From the NCBI RefSeq assembly GCF_964355755.1, contig NC_092675.1, positions 27,500,912-27,564,911 of the forward strand: a stretch of 64,000 nucleotides of DNA, given 5' to 3'. Below, one piece after another: positions 1 to 15,200 of the stretch (its first letter is position 1; each line of letters starts with the position of its first letter). The position numbers and the translations under genes are program-made. The notes under the pieces were generated by a model. That model did not search any database and was not told the DNA's origin. It saw only the letters and a list, made by a program, of their open reading frames with translations. Origin of the DNA: Antedon mediterranea (lineage: Eukaryota > Animalia > Echinodermata).

Positions 1-231
1 ACAAGAATGGGTAAGGCATAAACGCATATTAAAGGCAAACAAAATTCCAATTTTTATCATAGAATGAAAACAGTGTTTCAATTTTTCAGACGTGAAAAAT
101 AGTCAACTTAATTTAAAAATAAATATAACATATCACAAGATAAATTCCAGATTAAACCAGTTCCAGCTAGTTGTTTATGGGTTCAAGCAAGTTTAAACCA
201 GTTTTGTTCACAAACTATAATTGTATCACAT

Positions 232-3200
232 TTATTCAATCGTGAAAGCTGTGTCAAGCAAGTTTTGTAATTCTAACAAATGCAGACTTTTGTTTCCCGC
301 TGCTGTTGACGCTTGTGCACCACGTCCAGCAAAACTGGAAAGAAAGAATGACAGTTTAATAAAACTCCTGGATGGTATGGCAATGAATAGAAAATAAATA
401 TGTTTACGGTGAAAAATAATACAATACATTGAACTTTCCCAAAACTGGACATTCTTTGCTTTGGCTCAAAAAGTTGATGTGTAACAAGTAAACATGAACT
501 TAAAATCAAATCAAATTACCTGCAGAGACGTTCCCTTTGAAGGGCCGTATGAATACGAGGCTGCACATATGACCACGCACCCATGTTCTTGTGTTCTTCT
601 TGGGCCCAGATAATTCTAGCATTTGGATACTTGTTGGCTTCTTCCGTAACCATGTCGTAGGGAAATGGTGAAATCTTTAAAAAAATATCAAGTGAATTAA
701 GTAGCAATTAAAGAAAGGTGTTTTTGTACAAGCTGAGGACCATTTCAATCATGATAAATAATTATTTTAAAAGTTTACCTGTTCAATTGTAGCTATAGCA
801 ACCTGTTCTGTTAACCCTTTAATTTCTCGTTCCTTAATTAGATTGTAGTAAACACGTCCAGAACAAAAAATCAGATTTTTAACCGACTCTGGGTTACTGG
901 CAGCCACTCCGCTCTCTGGTAAAACTCGTTGGAACGATGTTCCTGATAAATGAAATGTGTATAAAAGTCAAGTTCAACGATGGTCTTAGAGCATCATATT
1001 ACATTATTTCTAAAATAATTCTAGTTTACCGGTTTATGAAGGACCCTATCGGAAACAAGTCTAAGGACTAACTAGTGTTATCCTTGGTGTGCAACATCTA
1101 AATAATAAAATAACAATAATATAGTACATTCTAAATAACAATACACTATTCTCTAAAAACCAGAAACTTTTAGTTTAGCCTAAAGTGTCCGATTTTCTTA
1201 AAGTCTGATTTTCAAAAAGCAAACAACAGCAAAAGGCAAACAGATGTAGGACTTTGTGGACATTGGCATTTGTACATTTGTAAAATTAGGCTTTGAGAGT
1301 TTCCTTTTATCAGGGAATCTAGTACTGTATCCAACATATGTATATAAGTATGCTCTTTTGAACTTCAATTACTTTTAATTAACGCCCGTATTCTTAAACC
1401 GGACTTTAGTCGTAGTTCGAGCTAAAACTAAAAAAATGACGTCATTTTAATTCATAAACCGAACTTCAACTAAATCACCGACTAAATCAAGCCAACCTCG
1501 ACTAAATCGAGACGGATTTTGATCGATTTTTTTAGTCCTGGAGGGGGCAGGCTAAATGGTCGACTAAATGGTTTTTAAACGATGTTTATAAAAAACGTAA
1601 CAGTCATTGAGTTGTTATATTGGCCAGATATTGAAGAATGAAATATCTATATTTATATTAGCTTAATTAAATATACATTGGTATAAGTTATAATAATGAA
1701 AATCATCTTTATTTACAACTGTATACAAATTACATTATTTTCTTCGCGCAAGTCCGACTTGAACTACGTCACGCCATAGCGACAATGGGAGATGCGGCAA
1801 TTCACCACGCGATGGAATGTTTAGGGGGCCTAGCGCTTTCTTGTCACGATAGGAAGTGCGTGGTTCGTCGCAATCATACTTTGTTGGAGGCCTAGAAAAT
1901 ATGAAAGTTACCGTACCGCCATGGTTCCTAAATATATTTTGAAGATTTTCTTTGTTGTTAATCAAAAGTACTTCACTGTTAAATTAATACTGATCTTGTT
2001 CTAATAATTAACGATTAAAATTATTTTTCATGTATATAGTCCTGATGCGTAAAAAGTTTTGTAAGAAAATGGAAAGTGATATCAATGCGCAAAATTTCGT
2101 CTGCTCCTCAAATACTCTCTTGTCATTGGCTAATGTTTAGCCTTTGTTACCCAGACGTGTGCAACTCGACTAAAAGCTCGACTTCATTAAGTCGAACTGC
2201 AAACTTCGACTACTTCGTTTTTTCATCGAATTTGAAGTAATAGCTCGAACTACGACTTTTTCAAGTCGAACTTTGAACTACGACTAAAGTCCGGTTTAAG
2301 AATACGGGCGTAATACTTTATATTGATATATATTTCCTACCTTCTACCATCTCATCAAAGGATGATCGAGCCTCAGGTAGACGAAGCAGGCTCTTTGGTG
2401 TCATGATTATAAGCTAAAAAAAAATATTCGTTATTGATAATTTGATGTTAAGTCACATGGCTTTGGATATTTACCAATTTCATGTCATCTCATAATTATA
2501 CCTACCGGTTTTCTGAAAGACATGGCTATCTGTCGTCGCAGAACATGAAAATAATTCGCTGGTGTGCTGCAGTTAACAATTTGCCAGTTACAGTCATACA
2601 GTTGATCTATTGCAAACTTCTCATCCAAAGTCTATAAACAAAATACAGCAGCAGGCATTAGCAGTATTAACTTAATATAGCCTTTCCAAAAAATATTAAA
2701 CCATGTTCACAAACTGAGCACGGATTCAGTCCGGTAGTCAGATAACACTGCGTCACATAATGTAATACTGTGTATTCTTAAGCTTTGTCTACACTATCAA
2801 ACTATATGTGATGTGCCCATATGTATATATGATTATGTCATAGTACTACCATATTTGGTCATAGGGTGAATAAGGTGTTCATAAAAGTAAAAATGACTAA
2901 TCAATTTTGTCACTCTTGCAGATTTCTTTATCATTTCATATTATTGATAATATTATGTTATACTTTTTTTCACATTTTAATGTAAGCACTTTCACAAATT
3001 TTGGAATGGTTTTACATTTTTTTAAAGTAGAGTTCAGCTACAAAATAATTCCTTCACAGCAAAAACAAACTTAGTCACAAATTTGTCAATAAATTTTCAT
3101 GCATTAACATACCACATCTAAATTTAACAATAAAAAAATCACCGCAAATCGACAACACTAAAATATATTTCAAAGTAAAGTTATTTAACTAAAATACTTT

Positions 3201-6200
3201 TTGACATTAATGAAATAATTAGACGGATTCTGCCATCTTTCAACTCTATCCAAAACAAAAAACTATATATGCATTACAAACTAAATTATTAAGGATTTGT
3301 AGGACACAAAATTAATGTAATGAAGGGAGTTAATAAAATGGAATAATCTGTTATTTTATTTTACTGTACATAAAAAAGGTTTAAACTATATTTAGCCTGT
3401 CTATGAGGAAAAACAAAAACAAGATCAAATATTAGTTTTAAAGCAACGCAACTGTCCAAAAACTTTTTTTAATTTATTGCGCTTTTTTTAGATAAATTTA
3501 TTACCCTTACTGTTAAGCATAATAGTGCGAAGAGAACAGTCTGTGTTGTGATTTCACCTTACTAACATTTAAAACTTTATTTGATCATTAAAGCTTGGTT
3601 CCCAGTAGGACGCAACACAAAGCAATCGAGTTGAAAGAATAATCCATCATTTGTGATTACTGAGGGGTGGGAACCAAACTTTATAGTAAACACTAACAGC
3701 ACACAACCACATTACTTTTTATTCATATTCATAAAATCAGAAAGTAGACCTTGGACAGTATAAAACAAATTGCAAAGAAACCAATTATGACTTATAGTTT
3801 TAGGCCTAGAAAATGATTTGTTTGCTCTTTTTTCAAAGTAATAACAATAAATCATGTATGATACCACATAAATTACTACTGAGAATCAATATCATAAGGC
3901 TTTTAATAAATAATAATGCTGACAATCATCTAATTAAGCGACAAATCTATTCTCATCATCAGAACTATAATCAAAAGCCTACAGTACTTTATATACCTTC
4001 TTAACAGAAGCGCATAATTTAAATACAACTGTTAAAAAGGCATGTCGCTTAATTTTAAGACTGCATTATTATTAAATAAATAAAATGTTAAATGTATTAT
4101 TATGGTCCTCAAGCTTAGCTGAAAACTGAGGCAATTCAGATTAGGTCTTTCACGGATCCACAGCAACCAGCAGTACAGCGCCTACCAGATCAGCACACCG
4201 GGAGACAATCCCTACTCTTTTTCGAATAGTCTACCAAGTTCTTTAACGTGCACTGTTAAATAAACTGAATCAACGACTTTACATCCCATCCAAAGGATGA
4301 GGCAATGAGAGTAAAGCATCTTGCCTAAGGATGCAATTAGTATGTACAGATAACCTCGAACTAGCCTGATATCATTACACCATCACCCTCTGGTGTATAT
4401 ATAGCAACGTTGCTTGAACTTCGGTGATCTGACAAGAAGCAGTGTTTCAACTCAGTATGGCTGTGTATGAAATAATGCCTTATGATATTGTTTCTCACTA
4501 ATAACAATAACAATTTCTTTTTTTTCTTTGAAAAAGTCAATAATTGTAGTAGTTTCTTTACAAAGTATGCTTAGTACTGTTCTTTCATGGTATACTTTTA
4601 TGAATACCCCACTCTGCATCAAAGCATGCTATCAATACTAATTCTATTTTCCTAAAAAACCGGTTACCTGCGGTGCACTTGAGGGGATGCTTTCAGAGTT
4701 TGGATCACTTGTTGAATCATTGTATATCTCATAACAACAAAATACATCAAATATCAACAACATTTTTGGATTATATCAAAAGAAATGAACTACTGTATAC
4801 TGTTTGATTATTTTTGTTAATACTATTGTATTGTTACCCTATGGATGTCAATTCCAAATTAAAGATGAAATGAAATATATGGCTCGTACCAACATTATTT
4901 ATTTAAGTTATAATAGTTAAGTATTCAAGTATAATTGACATAGGGTACACCATTATTGCTAGTTGCTTTGATACCAAAATCAACTATAATAATGCTTTAT
5001 GAATGCTTTCGGTACTAACTATACTGTGACAGTACAATATTTAATACAATTCGAAACTGACATAAAAGATGTTAATCAGAATAAATAAATCAACTGTGTG
5101 AAACCTTTGACCCTTTTATATTCTATAATTGAAACTTTATTTTAATATCATTTCATTTTCAAAAAACAAACATCAATGCAAAGCAGAACAAATAAAGCCT
5201 CACTAAAAAGACCCACCAACCAAAGCTTCACTCGATATCAAAAGCAGTACACAATACTAGACTGTATAACAATTCACTCAATGTGGAAATTGATTAAGCC
5301 ATCCATCCCTTGAAAGATTATACAGTTATGCTCAATATGCAATACTACACTCAATACTGAATGATCCACTTATTATGTAACAGCTAAAAAAAATTTAACA
5401 TTTGCCGATAAACTTACCGGTATGACATCTGGATCATCATTGCACATTTGCAAAAACCGTTCAAGTCGGGCGCTGGAATGTTCAGGGCCCTGTGAACACG
5501 AAGAAATGAATACAAAATGGAAAAATAAAATTCTAAAATTGTTTGAATAGTGTAGTATACGTTGTACAGACCATTTAAAAATACCTCAACGAGTTTGACA
5601 TTCTTTATAGATTAAAGGAATCAACAAGTAAATACTGTTTATTATTATTGTGGGCCTATATATTTAACCTAGCGCCACAAGATTAGTAACCAAGCACCAA
5701 GCTACAGTGCCAGTACATCATACATACCATTCCTTCATACCCATGTGGTAAAAGCATGACAAGTCCACTCTGTCGGTACCACTTAGATTGACCACTTGAT
5801 ATGAACTGGTCAATAATACATTGAGCATTGTTAGCAAAGTCCCCAAACTGAGCTTCCCAGCAGACCAGAGCTTGAGGATTGGTCATAGAGAATCCCAACT
5901 CAAAACCTGTAACAAAAAAAAAAACATGTAGTAGACGCATTTAACATAAACAAGAAAACCAATACAATAGAGAGAAATGGCGAACCGCGATGACGTCACT
6001 CAAATTTCACCGAGTGGGTATAGATTGTAAACAAACCATTTCGCAACATGTTTTTGTATGGGAAATTCCGATGGGTTGAGTTAAAAAGGAAGGTAGAAAA
6101 GAACGTTTAAAACACACATAATAGCAGTATCTTTTTTTTTGCAACACCCTTAACAATTTTAATGTTATATGGGCAAATCTTAACATATTTTATTTTAATT

Positions 6201-9200
6201 TGGATTGAATTAAGATGCGTTTTTGTTATATACTGTACCCAGCTCTAGGCCCTAGATAGTTGGCCTGTATGCTGTAGTACCTCGAGCCTAGCACGGATTA
6301 TCGGTTATTATAATAATAATAATATTGGAAATTCGTTATTGCATACTGTACTACTACTACTACTTTAGCTAGGGTGCTGCTAGGCCTCTCTTAGCTAGGT
6401 AGTAAGACTAAATAGAGCATCTCTAGTAGATGTAGGCCTAGCATTAGTTTCAGCTTGACAACTGCCATTTTGTTATGTGGCTAGTGATGCTTCCTGCAGG
6501 GGGGGCTACCGCCAGTAATGAATACTTGATAACACCATTCTACTATAATACTATATAGGCCTAGTCTAATGTAGACCTACAGATATGAGATATTTTTAGG
6601 AATATGATTGTGAATGATGGATGACTTTTATACATATTTCATTGTTTTATTGTGTAAATACACAAATACAACAAGAATTATGAGCGTTACAGCAACAACA
6701 TTGGTTAGACGACGCCATGATTCACGTGTATAAACATAGGAAATGTGTCGCCCTCAACGGTTTGTTATGATTTTATACCCACTCGGATTTTAGACGTCGG
6801 TTCGCCATTTCTCTCTATTCTCTAATCATGTCTCAGTTTGGAAGTGATTCTAGTAATAAATCATTATAAACATTTATGAAAAACAGTATATGATGTTTGC
6901 AACAGTACTAGTACTATCAAAAACTGTGTTTGTATATGTATTATCACCTTGAGTATTCTCAACTTACCAAGAACAGCGAATTCTGAGAGAGAACTGTTAC
7001 ACACGGTGTAGAGAGCTTGATTTGGATACAGATTGTTGAGCGGTGTTGTACGCTTCTTATCAGCGTTTTGATCATTCAAAACATGATGACGGTGACTAAA
7101 AGAATAAACAAACAAATTTAAATAATAAAAAAATTTAAATCGTAAACTTACTACCAGTAGTCTGGAAGAGCTTATACATTTGTTCAGCCATCAATTCTAA
7201 CAAAAAAAGTAACAAACTCACCTAAATGTACCTCTTTCAACATCCTGGCCACTAAGCCTTATATGAATACCTTCCTTTAATAGTGAGCCAAACGCCATTG
7301 CTTCTCCAAGAGCCCAGTCAACAGTGCGCTTGGATACAAGATCGGTACGTGCTTTTAAGGCCCGTTTTAAACCTAGAAGGAGAGAACAAGTCAATAACTA
7401 TTTTCTTTTCTGCTAAGTAAGTGTTACCCGGGATAGTATAGAACTATAATATCTCTATGTACGTTTTCCCAACTATGTTCAAAGAAAATTTAGTAGTTAA
7501 AACATGGCCATATACTGTACCTAACTTTTTTATGCATTTACTATTTTTTTTATTCTGCATGTACTATAATTCATTGACTTTTTGCTAAATGTTACTGATA
7601 ACAAGAATAATATTTAAATTTTAAAATACCTCCATGTACTGTGAAGCCATCTGGAATACTACCAAAGGCATTTCCTATGTAGTTCAAAGTTTCTTCGTCA
7701 ATTCCGGTGGCTGGGTATGTCCGCTGCTCAGCTCGGTTAAAGAATCCTGTGAAGAAATCATGAACCCTAAACTATTATACAATGATTAAAATTATTATCA
7801 TCTGTAAAATTGGATTAAAAGTAAGATGACTGAAGCTATGAATATGACGAAGATCATTTAATAACTAGAAAGAATATTAATAGTAAGACTACCAAAATGA
7901 ACTACCAGTGAAGTACTTCTGGTGAAGAATTTGACAGTACAGTGAGAACATGACACATGACTCTGACAGTTCCTACAACCTGTCAAAGATGTTGAATTGT
8001 GTCTATTCTGACAAAGCAGACAAGAGGAATCAGGCAATGGAGGCAGTAAAAACTATCAAACTTTATGTGACGAAAAAATGTGATGTGCCCATATATAGAC
8101 ATGATCTCATATCACTACCATATTTGAGCATACTACTACCATATTTGGGCACATCACACATTTTTTGTCAAACAAGTTTGATAGTGTAGACAGAGCTTAA
8201 TGGGAATTAAAGTTCTGGCACCATCTTAACTATAACATTTCAGCTACCATTCTAACAATGTGCAGGGTTGTGGTTGGCAACTGCTGTAGTAATATCAAAA
8301 AGGGATCAGAGACTGATGCTGAATAATTACCAGTCCATGGTGAATCAAGCCAGTCGACATTACTAGTCTTGGTCACCAGTTTAGCATCAAGGTACGACTC
8401 TTCACATATCTTGTCATAGGTCGCTTGTTCCTCCTGAAAGAAATCAATTACTCCTAACGTAAATATCGCAAAATATGATTTAGACAATGTCTTTCTAGTA
8501 TAAAGCTTTATGTTATAACAAAATTCTTCTATTTCTAAAGTCTTGTCTACACTATCAAACTTTATGTGTTGTGCCCATATATGGACATGATGATGTCATA
8601 TCACTACCATATTTGGCCACATCACACTATTTTTTGTCAAACTAGTTTGATAGTGTAGACAGAGCTTAATTTTAGGAAATATATGGCACATAATAATACC
8701 TGTATGTTCTAACATCTACTTTCAGTAGTGCAAACAAATGAAACACTAATGGATAGATTCACAGATCAATGAAGTGATAAAGTATGAAAAAATAACAATT
8801 ATGGAGTATGACTTTGGTTTAATACGATACCTCAAATTCTTGTTGTGTCATAACCCCTTCCTCAATCTTTGCTTCAGCATATTTCTTGAGTACGTTCTTG
8901 TGATTGCGAATTTTTTTGTACATGAGTGGTTGTGTAAACATTGGTTCATCCGTTTCATTGTGACCATTACGACGATAACAAACCTTGCGGAAAAACAACA
9001 AAGATTCATGTTTATTTGAACTATGCATATTTTCTGTTTGCGTTTCTAAAGCTCTGTCCACACTATCAAACTTCATGTGACAAAAAAAATGTGATGTGCC
9101 CATATATGGACATGATGATATCACCACCATATTTGGCCCATCACACTTTTTTTTGTCAAACTAGTTTGATAGTGTAGACAGAGCTTAATACAAGTTTATA

Positions 9201-12200
9201 TTCATTAAACTTACAAGATCAATCACTACATCCTTTCCAAACTCGCAACGCCACTCGGATGCCACATTACAGACATGCATGACTGCTTCCGGGTCGTCAG
9301 CATTCACATGAAAGATTGGTGCGTTGACCACACGTGCAACATCCGTGCAATAAGGTGAAGAACGGCTATGTCGAGGATCAGTGGTGAATCCAATCTACAA
9401 TAAAGATAACATTGATTGGTTGAATTCAATGACCATTGTGTTCAATGCTCCTAAATTATACTATATTATAACACACCTTGTATTATGTGTCATTCAGTAC
9501 CAGTTCTTCTGCACTGAAAGTGATATTAAAGGATGATATTGTATACAGCTTATTGTAAAACATTCTAAAAATACTGTGTAATGCAAGGCTTGCGCAGTCA
9601 AAAACTAACCTGTAGTGTACGCTGACTTAAAATACCCCATTTAACACACCTGTTCAGGCAAGGTTCTGATCCGGCGCTGGCAAATCAAATAGACAGTCAA
9701 TGTTTCATTTTCATGTGGCTATGCACATACTATGGTGCATAGCCATGTGGAGAGTCGTAAAAACAAAACATTTATGTTTTGAAGACTCTTTATTGTGTGA
9801 ACACCAGTGAAAGGGTATTTTGGTTATATACTATGGCCAAAATTACAAACTCACCTGGTTGTTGACGACAACATGAATAGTTCCGTGGGTTGTGTACTCA
9901 GGAAGATCAGACAAATGGAAAGTTTCATACACAATCCCTTGTCCAGCAAAAGCTGCATCTCCATGCAGCAAGATACTCATAACCTAGTTAAAGAAAAAGA
10001 AAAAAAATAAGAATGGCATAACAATATAGCACTGAATAATTACATAGTCTTCAGCATTCCATTAAAGATAGATTAATTGAATAAACATTAAACTAGAAAA
10101 GTAGGTAATGATTCTGATATTGATTCAATGATATTGAAATTATTATTTGCATACAATAAAATTAAACAATTTATTTACAACAATAGTTTAGCACTTAAGG
10201 GTCTTTCACACCTGTTCAGACACGGTTCTGGTCCGACACCGGCAAATCAATTTGTATTACAATGCTTCGTTTTCACGACCCGCCATGTGGCTATGCGTCA
10301 AATCAATATGCATGTAGCCTGAAAATGAAACATTGATGTTTGATTTGCGCTGGACTGAAACCGTACTGGAACCGGTGTGGAAGACAAAAGAAGAATTGGC
10401 ATACCTTCTTTCCGTCTGTATCTCCCTTGTAGAATTGCATAGCTCTTGTTTTACCCTGCACTACAGGATCAACAGCTTCCAGATGTGATGGGTTTGCTAC
10501 AATCGCAATGTGGATGTTCTTGTTACTAATGTGATTATGGCGATCATGAGCCATTCCAAGATGGTATTTAACGTCTCCAGAGCCCTAAGGAATTACAACA
10601 AGCAACCATCAATTAATAATCAATTAATCAAAAAACAAGATCTACCTTCTGACAAAACAGTGAGTGTCAATGACTAAAAGTGATTAAAACTCTGTCTACA
10701 CTATCAAAAGGTACTGATGACGGTAGTGATATGATATCATCATGTCCATATATGGGCACATCACATAAAGTTTGATAGTACAGACAGAGCTTAAGGCCTG
10801 ATTGGTCTACTCCTTCAACATTCAAGATAGAAGTGACAGAAAAAAACAAACTATAAAATAATTTCACTTACTTCATCCGATGCCTCAAGCTTCGAGTCAA
10901 ACTGACTGAAAAGCTGCTCAAGTGGTTTTCTTGCGACATTTGCAAGAACATTGAGGCGCCCTCTATGGGGCATCCCAAGATTGAATGTTTCTACACCCTT
11001 TTCACTGCACACGTCAATAATGGTTTTCAAGGCAGGCACAAGTACTTCACAGCCTTCCAATCCAAATCGTTTTTCAGCAGACCATTTGCGGGCAAGGAAT
11101 TCCTCAAATCTGAAAACATTAAAAAATCAATGTTAACTATTATATAAAGAATGGAAACGATTCACACACTTTGAATTAGGTTTTGGATTTAAATGCTATA
11201 AATATGTAAATGGGGATTAACCTACGACTTGCAGCCTACATGGGCTGAATGAACCAGTACACCGGGGTAACCCCCAACTCTTCCGAAAGATGTACTGGAC
11301 CTCCAGTTTTAAGTTCTTATCCGAAAAGAACAATCACCAGAACAATGGTCGAGGAGTGTCTTGAACCTGCCGATTGCATAGCTATTATTTGCAGCACCCC
11401 TTAACCACTCGGCCACTCGACTCAACAAAATAATGGCTCTGGCCGATGAACATTCTGATGCAATGCTTAGATATGTTAGCTAGTGAACAAATTTGATATT
11501 TACATTTTTGCCCCTTAAACCACCAACCTTGTAGAACGGATGAGACGCTCTAGAATCAACCGCTTGTCCATCTTGGAGAAGTTCATCGACCCCGGCATTT
11601 CAAATCGCTGTCGAATCCAGTCACACTTGTAGCGGTCATTGATAAACATGTACTCCACTCCAATAGATTGACAGTAAGTTTCCTGAGACACGGACATGAA
11701 TAATAAGACAAGTTTCATTTTTTATTTTTAATAAATGTTTATAGAAATCAAAAGTGAAACATGCAAGGATACACATAGCAAAGGCCAAGTTTCATTTTTA
11801 ACAACATTTTAAATTTTTGTTTTGTAAATTTCAGTTTTAATTTCTTCCAAATTGTACTGTGGTCAAATTCACCATTCACACTCCGTAAACACAATTTAAC
11901 AATTATCCTAATGCAATTAATTCAGCAAAATTCTAAGATAGTTATTGACGTATAAGTGAAATCTCACTTTGTGTGAATACGGTAATTGATCGCTAAAAAT
12001 ATCCTGCTCAAATGTCTTTGAACAAATCACACAAATATGCAAAATTGGATGTGGACTGGACTTTATTGGGGATTATATTATAGGTATGATCTAAATAACA
12101 CAAGAAATTAATTCTTATAATGTTTATGGTACAATTGTCAGCCTGTTGGTGATCTGGAGGTCATGGGTTCTAGTCCATCTGAGAATTTCTTGCAAAGTCA

Positions 12201-15200
12201 ATTTTACCTAATATTAACTACAATTACATCGGAGTAGGACAAAAATAACGGTAGACATTTTTTATAATTTTTTTTTTCTCTTTCCACTCTACCTCCAATC
12301 TTCGGATGATCTCTTTAAGTGGCAACGCTTGCTCATTACCACCAATGAATGTTGTCCTCGGCAACCTGAAAATACTGTCCATATCTTTCTCTTCTATTTT
12401 TGAAAAATGTATTGGAAATAAAATATTAAATATTAATAAATTGTTACCTAATGAATAACAAAATGCTGTAATTCATTAAATCTTTAATTAAACAGAAAGT
12501 AATCAAATTTCAATATATCATATTACAGTTGTTATAGTATCATAATCGAAATTTAAAATACAGTATAAACACATGGTAGGTATAGGCAATGAAAGCAGCT
12601 AAATGTCCTTCACAAATCGGTGTGCAATATTTTCCAGTTTAGATGTATTTTACAGACACTGTATGGTTCTGTGTGTGTGTGTTTTTTTTGTAGTTATATA
12701 ACTTATATAGGGACAAGCAAATGCAAATGAATTCCTTTGTTTTGTAGATATATCTTATCATTTTGTTTGTCCTTCATTTGTTGATGTGTCATTAAAAACG
12801 TCTTGCTGTGAGTGAGTGAGTGAGTGAGTGAGTGAGTGAGTGAGTGAGACAAGCACTAAGCTTCCAAATGTGTTCAGCAGATTTGAATATTAAAAGTGGA
12901 CCAAAAAATATTTATTAAGACATTTTTATGAAAGAACAATGATCTAATCATAGAGATATTACTATCTCTATGATCTAATTTATATTACAACTTCTTTTTT
13001 TTATATTCATATAGATATTATTATTTATATATTAATATTAGTAAGTAGGCCTAATATGCTAATTTCTTGTTGATTGGTGATCATTTTATTTTTAGTGCAA
13101 TTAAAATCTATTGTTGGTTTCAATTAATGAAGTTTATGAATTGCATTTGAGTATGATTTTATTTATTTTATCATTATTATCTCATTTGTTTTTTATGGCG
13201 TTTCTGCTGCATAAATGGCAAATTGATTTCTGCTAAGATTGCTTTCGAAAAAGCCAATCAGTGGGTTGTCGTTGAGCAAAACGTTCTAATTGCCCAAAAT
13301 GCAATCACTCGGGCAATCAAACAGTTAAGACATTATAATAATGTATACAAGGTCAACCGCGGTCAATCAAATTATTATCAAAAAATTTATATTTTGCATT
13401 CAGTTAAAAATTGCAGTGATAAATGGAGTGCAGTATAAATTTTGCGGGAAAAAAAAGAAACATTTTTTAAATACTATGTCAGAAAAAAAAGGCTTCCCAG
13501 GGTCTTGCGCAAAATTTACAAGAGTGTTTTTAAAGCTCTGTCTACACTATCAAACTTTATGTGGTTGATGTGTCCATGGACACGATGATGTTATATCAAT
13601 TAAAAATTTGGGCACATCACACTTTTTTTGTCAAACTAATTTGATAGTGTAGAGTCTAACCACCTTATTTAAATATTATTCTGAGAATGCCATTGAACAA
13701 GTATTTAAAATTTCATCCAGTTTGTTCATCCCAATAATTTGGTTATTTGCTTACACTAACAGCACAAAAGGCCTTTAATTTAAGACTGTTTTGTTTTATA
13801 GTGAGTTTATAATTGTTTAGCTTTTCTATTTTTTTATCTACTAACTAGAAAATCTTTTAATTCATTAATATAAATTTTGTATTTATTTATTTTTTTCAAT
13901 GTATAATTTTCATACGGCCTCGTGGAAGAACACATTTTGTTGTGAACGAGCCTCTGTTTTAAAATAAAGATTTTATTATTATTATAATTAATCTACCCAA
14001 TATAATTCAATATCCGATTCCAAGGATCTTTGATTTAAAATACAGCATGATGGAAGGACATCATAATACAATAAGTTATCCATTGTACATGTCGTTTATA
14101 TTTCACACAAACTGTATGTGCAATTCTGAATTTCAATCATACAGGTACTGTACGTCATTCGCGATCTGTGTAAACCTGTTTACGTCAAGAACCTTGTTGA
14201 AATAAAACGGTTATTGATTTCTAAGCAGAATCACACATTTTCTCATTAGACAATTACAGAATGTTTTCAATTCTGTCTACAATAAAACTAGATTAATCAC
14301 AGAGGAAAGCTTGCTACAAGTTTATTAATTTTATTCATTATATACTGTAAGTCATAGTGATGCTGATTTTAAAACTCATTTCATAATATGTACAGTAAGA
14401 ATAAAATTTTTTATTATACCGTATATTATGGGCATATGGTAAAGAAAAAACAAAAAAATAAATAATATATAATCAATAACATTTTTATGCTTGGTAATTA
14501 TTATCAAAAAATAAAAAAACAAATAAACTGGTAGAATTTGTTATGCAAATAGCACAATTACACTAAATATAAAAAACATAATTTGTGTTTGTAATATTTT
14601 TTTATTATGTATTGTGGGGTAAAAATAACTATAATGTGGGATGAAAATAAGGAACCAACGTGCTGTGTAATGTAGTTGTTTTAGAGTGCAGAAAATTAGG
14701 CACAACAAAATGTAAAAACAAATAGTTAGAAACATGTATATTTCATGCACATCCATAAATTAATGTGTAATATAAAATTAACATAAAAATAATACATGCA
14801 TGCAAAAAAGAAAAATTAAAATTGATTGACTAAAAAAAAATACTGTGTGTGATACCTCTTACCTAGTTTGTAATTTTGCACAATTAGTTCGGGAGGGGTC
14901 TCGGAGTCGAGGTCAGCACAGTTGATTGCTAGCGGATCTAGGTTTGCCATGTTATGTCCGCGAATCTACGAGACGAAAGGCATAACATCAAACACATAGC
15001 CATGCCCATATAAAAACAGTGGGGGCACCATATGGAATATCATAAGTGTGGTTAAATTGCCCGACAAGATCAGAAACTCTGGTGTGGTGTTGTAGTGTAT
15101 GCTTCCAGACTCCACAACTCAACATTAAAAAAAAACAAATTACACACAACCACCACTATTTGTTTCTGAAATTGTCTTAACTGATGTACTGTACAGCTAC

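Noticed and set aside
4405-4464. Functional 5S rRNA gene
   Set aside because: Only a diverged 5' half is present, with no box C, so it is treated as a SINE head.
2865-4612. Old Tc1-like element bounded by GGTRTTCATAAAAGTA inverted repeats
   Set aside because: The match is only about 16 bp, the termini are degenerate and there is no clear TSD.
13997-14027. Possible OGDH micro-exon ([10 protein letters not shown]) between the 103-nt exon and the next constitutive exon
   Set aside because: The AG-to-GT span is 31 nt, which is not frame-preserving, and the acceptor is weak.
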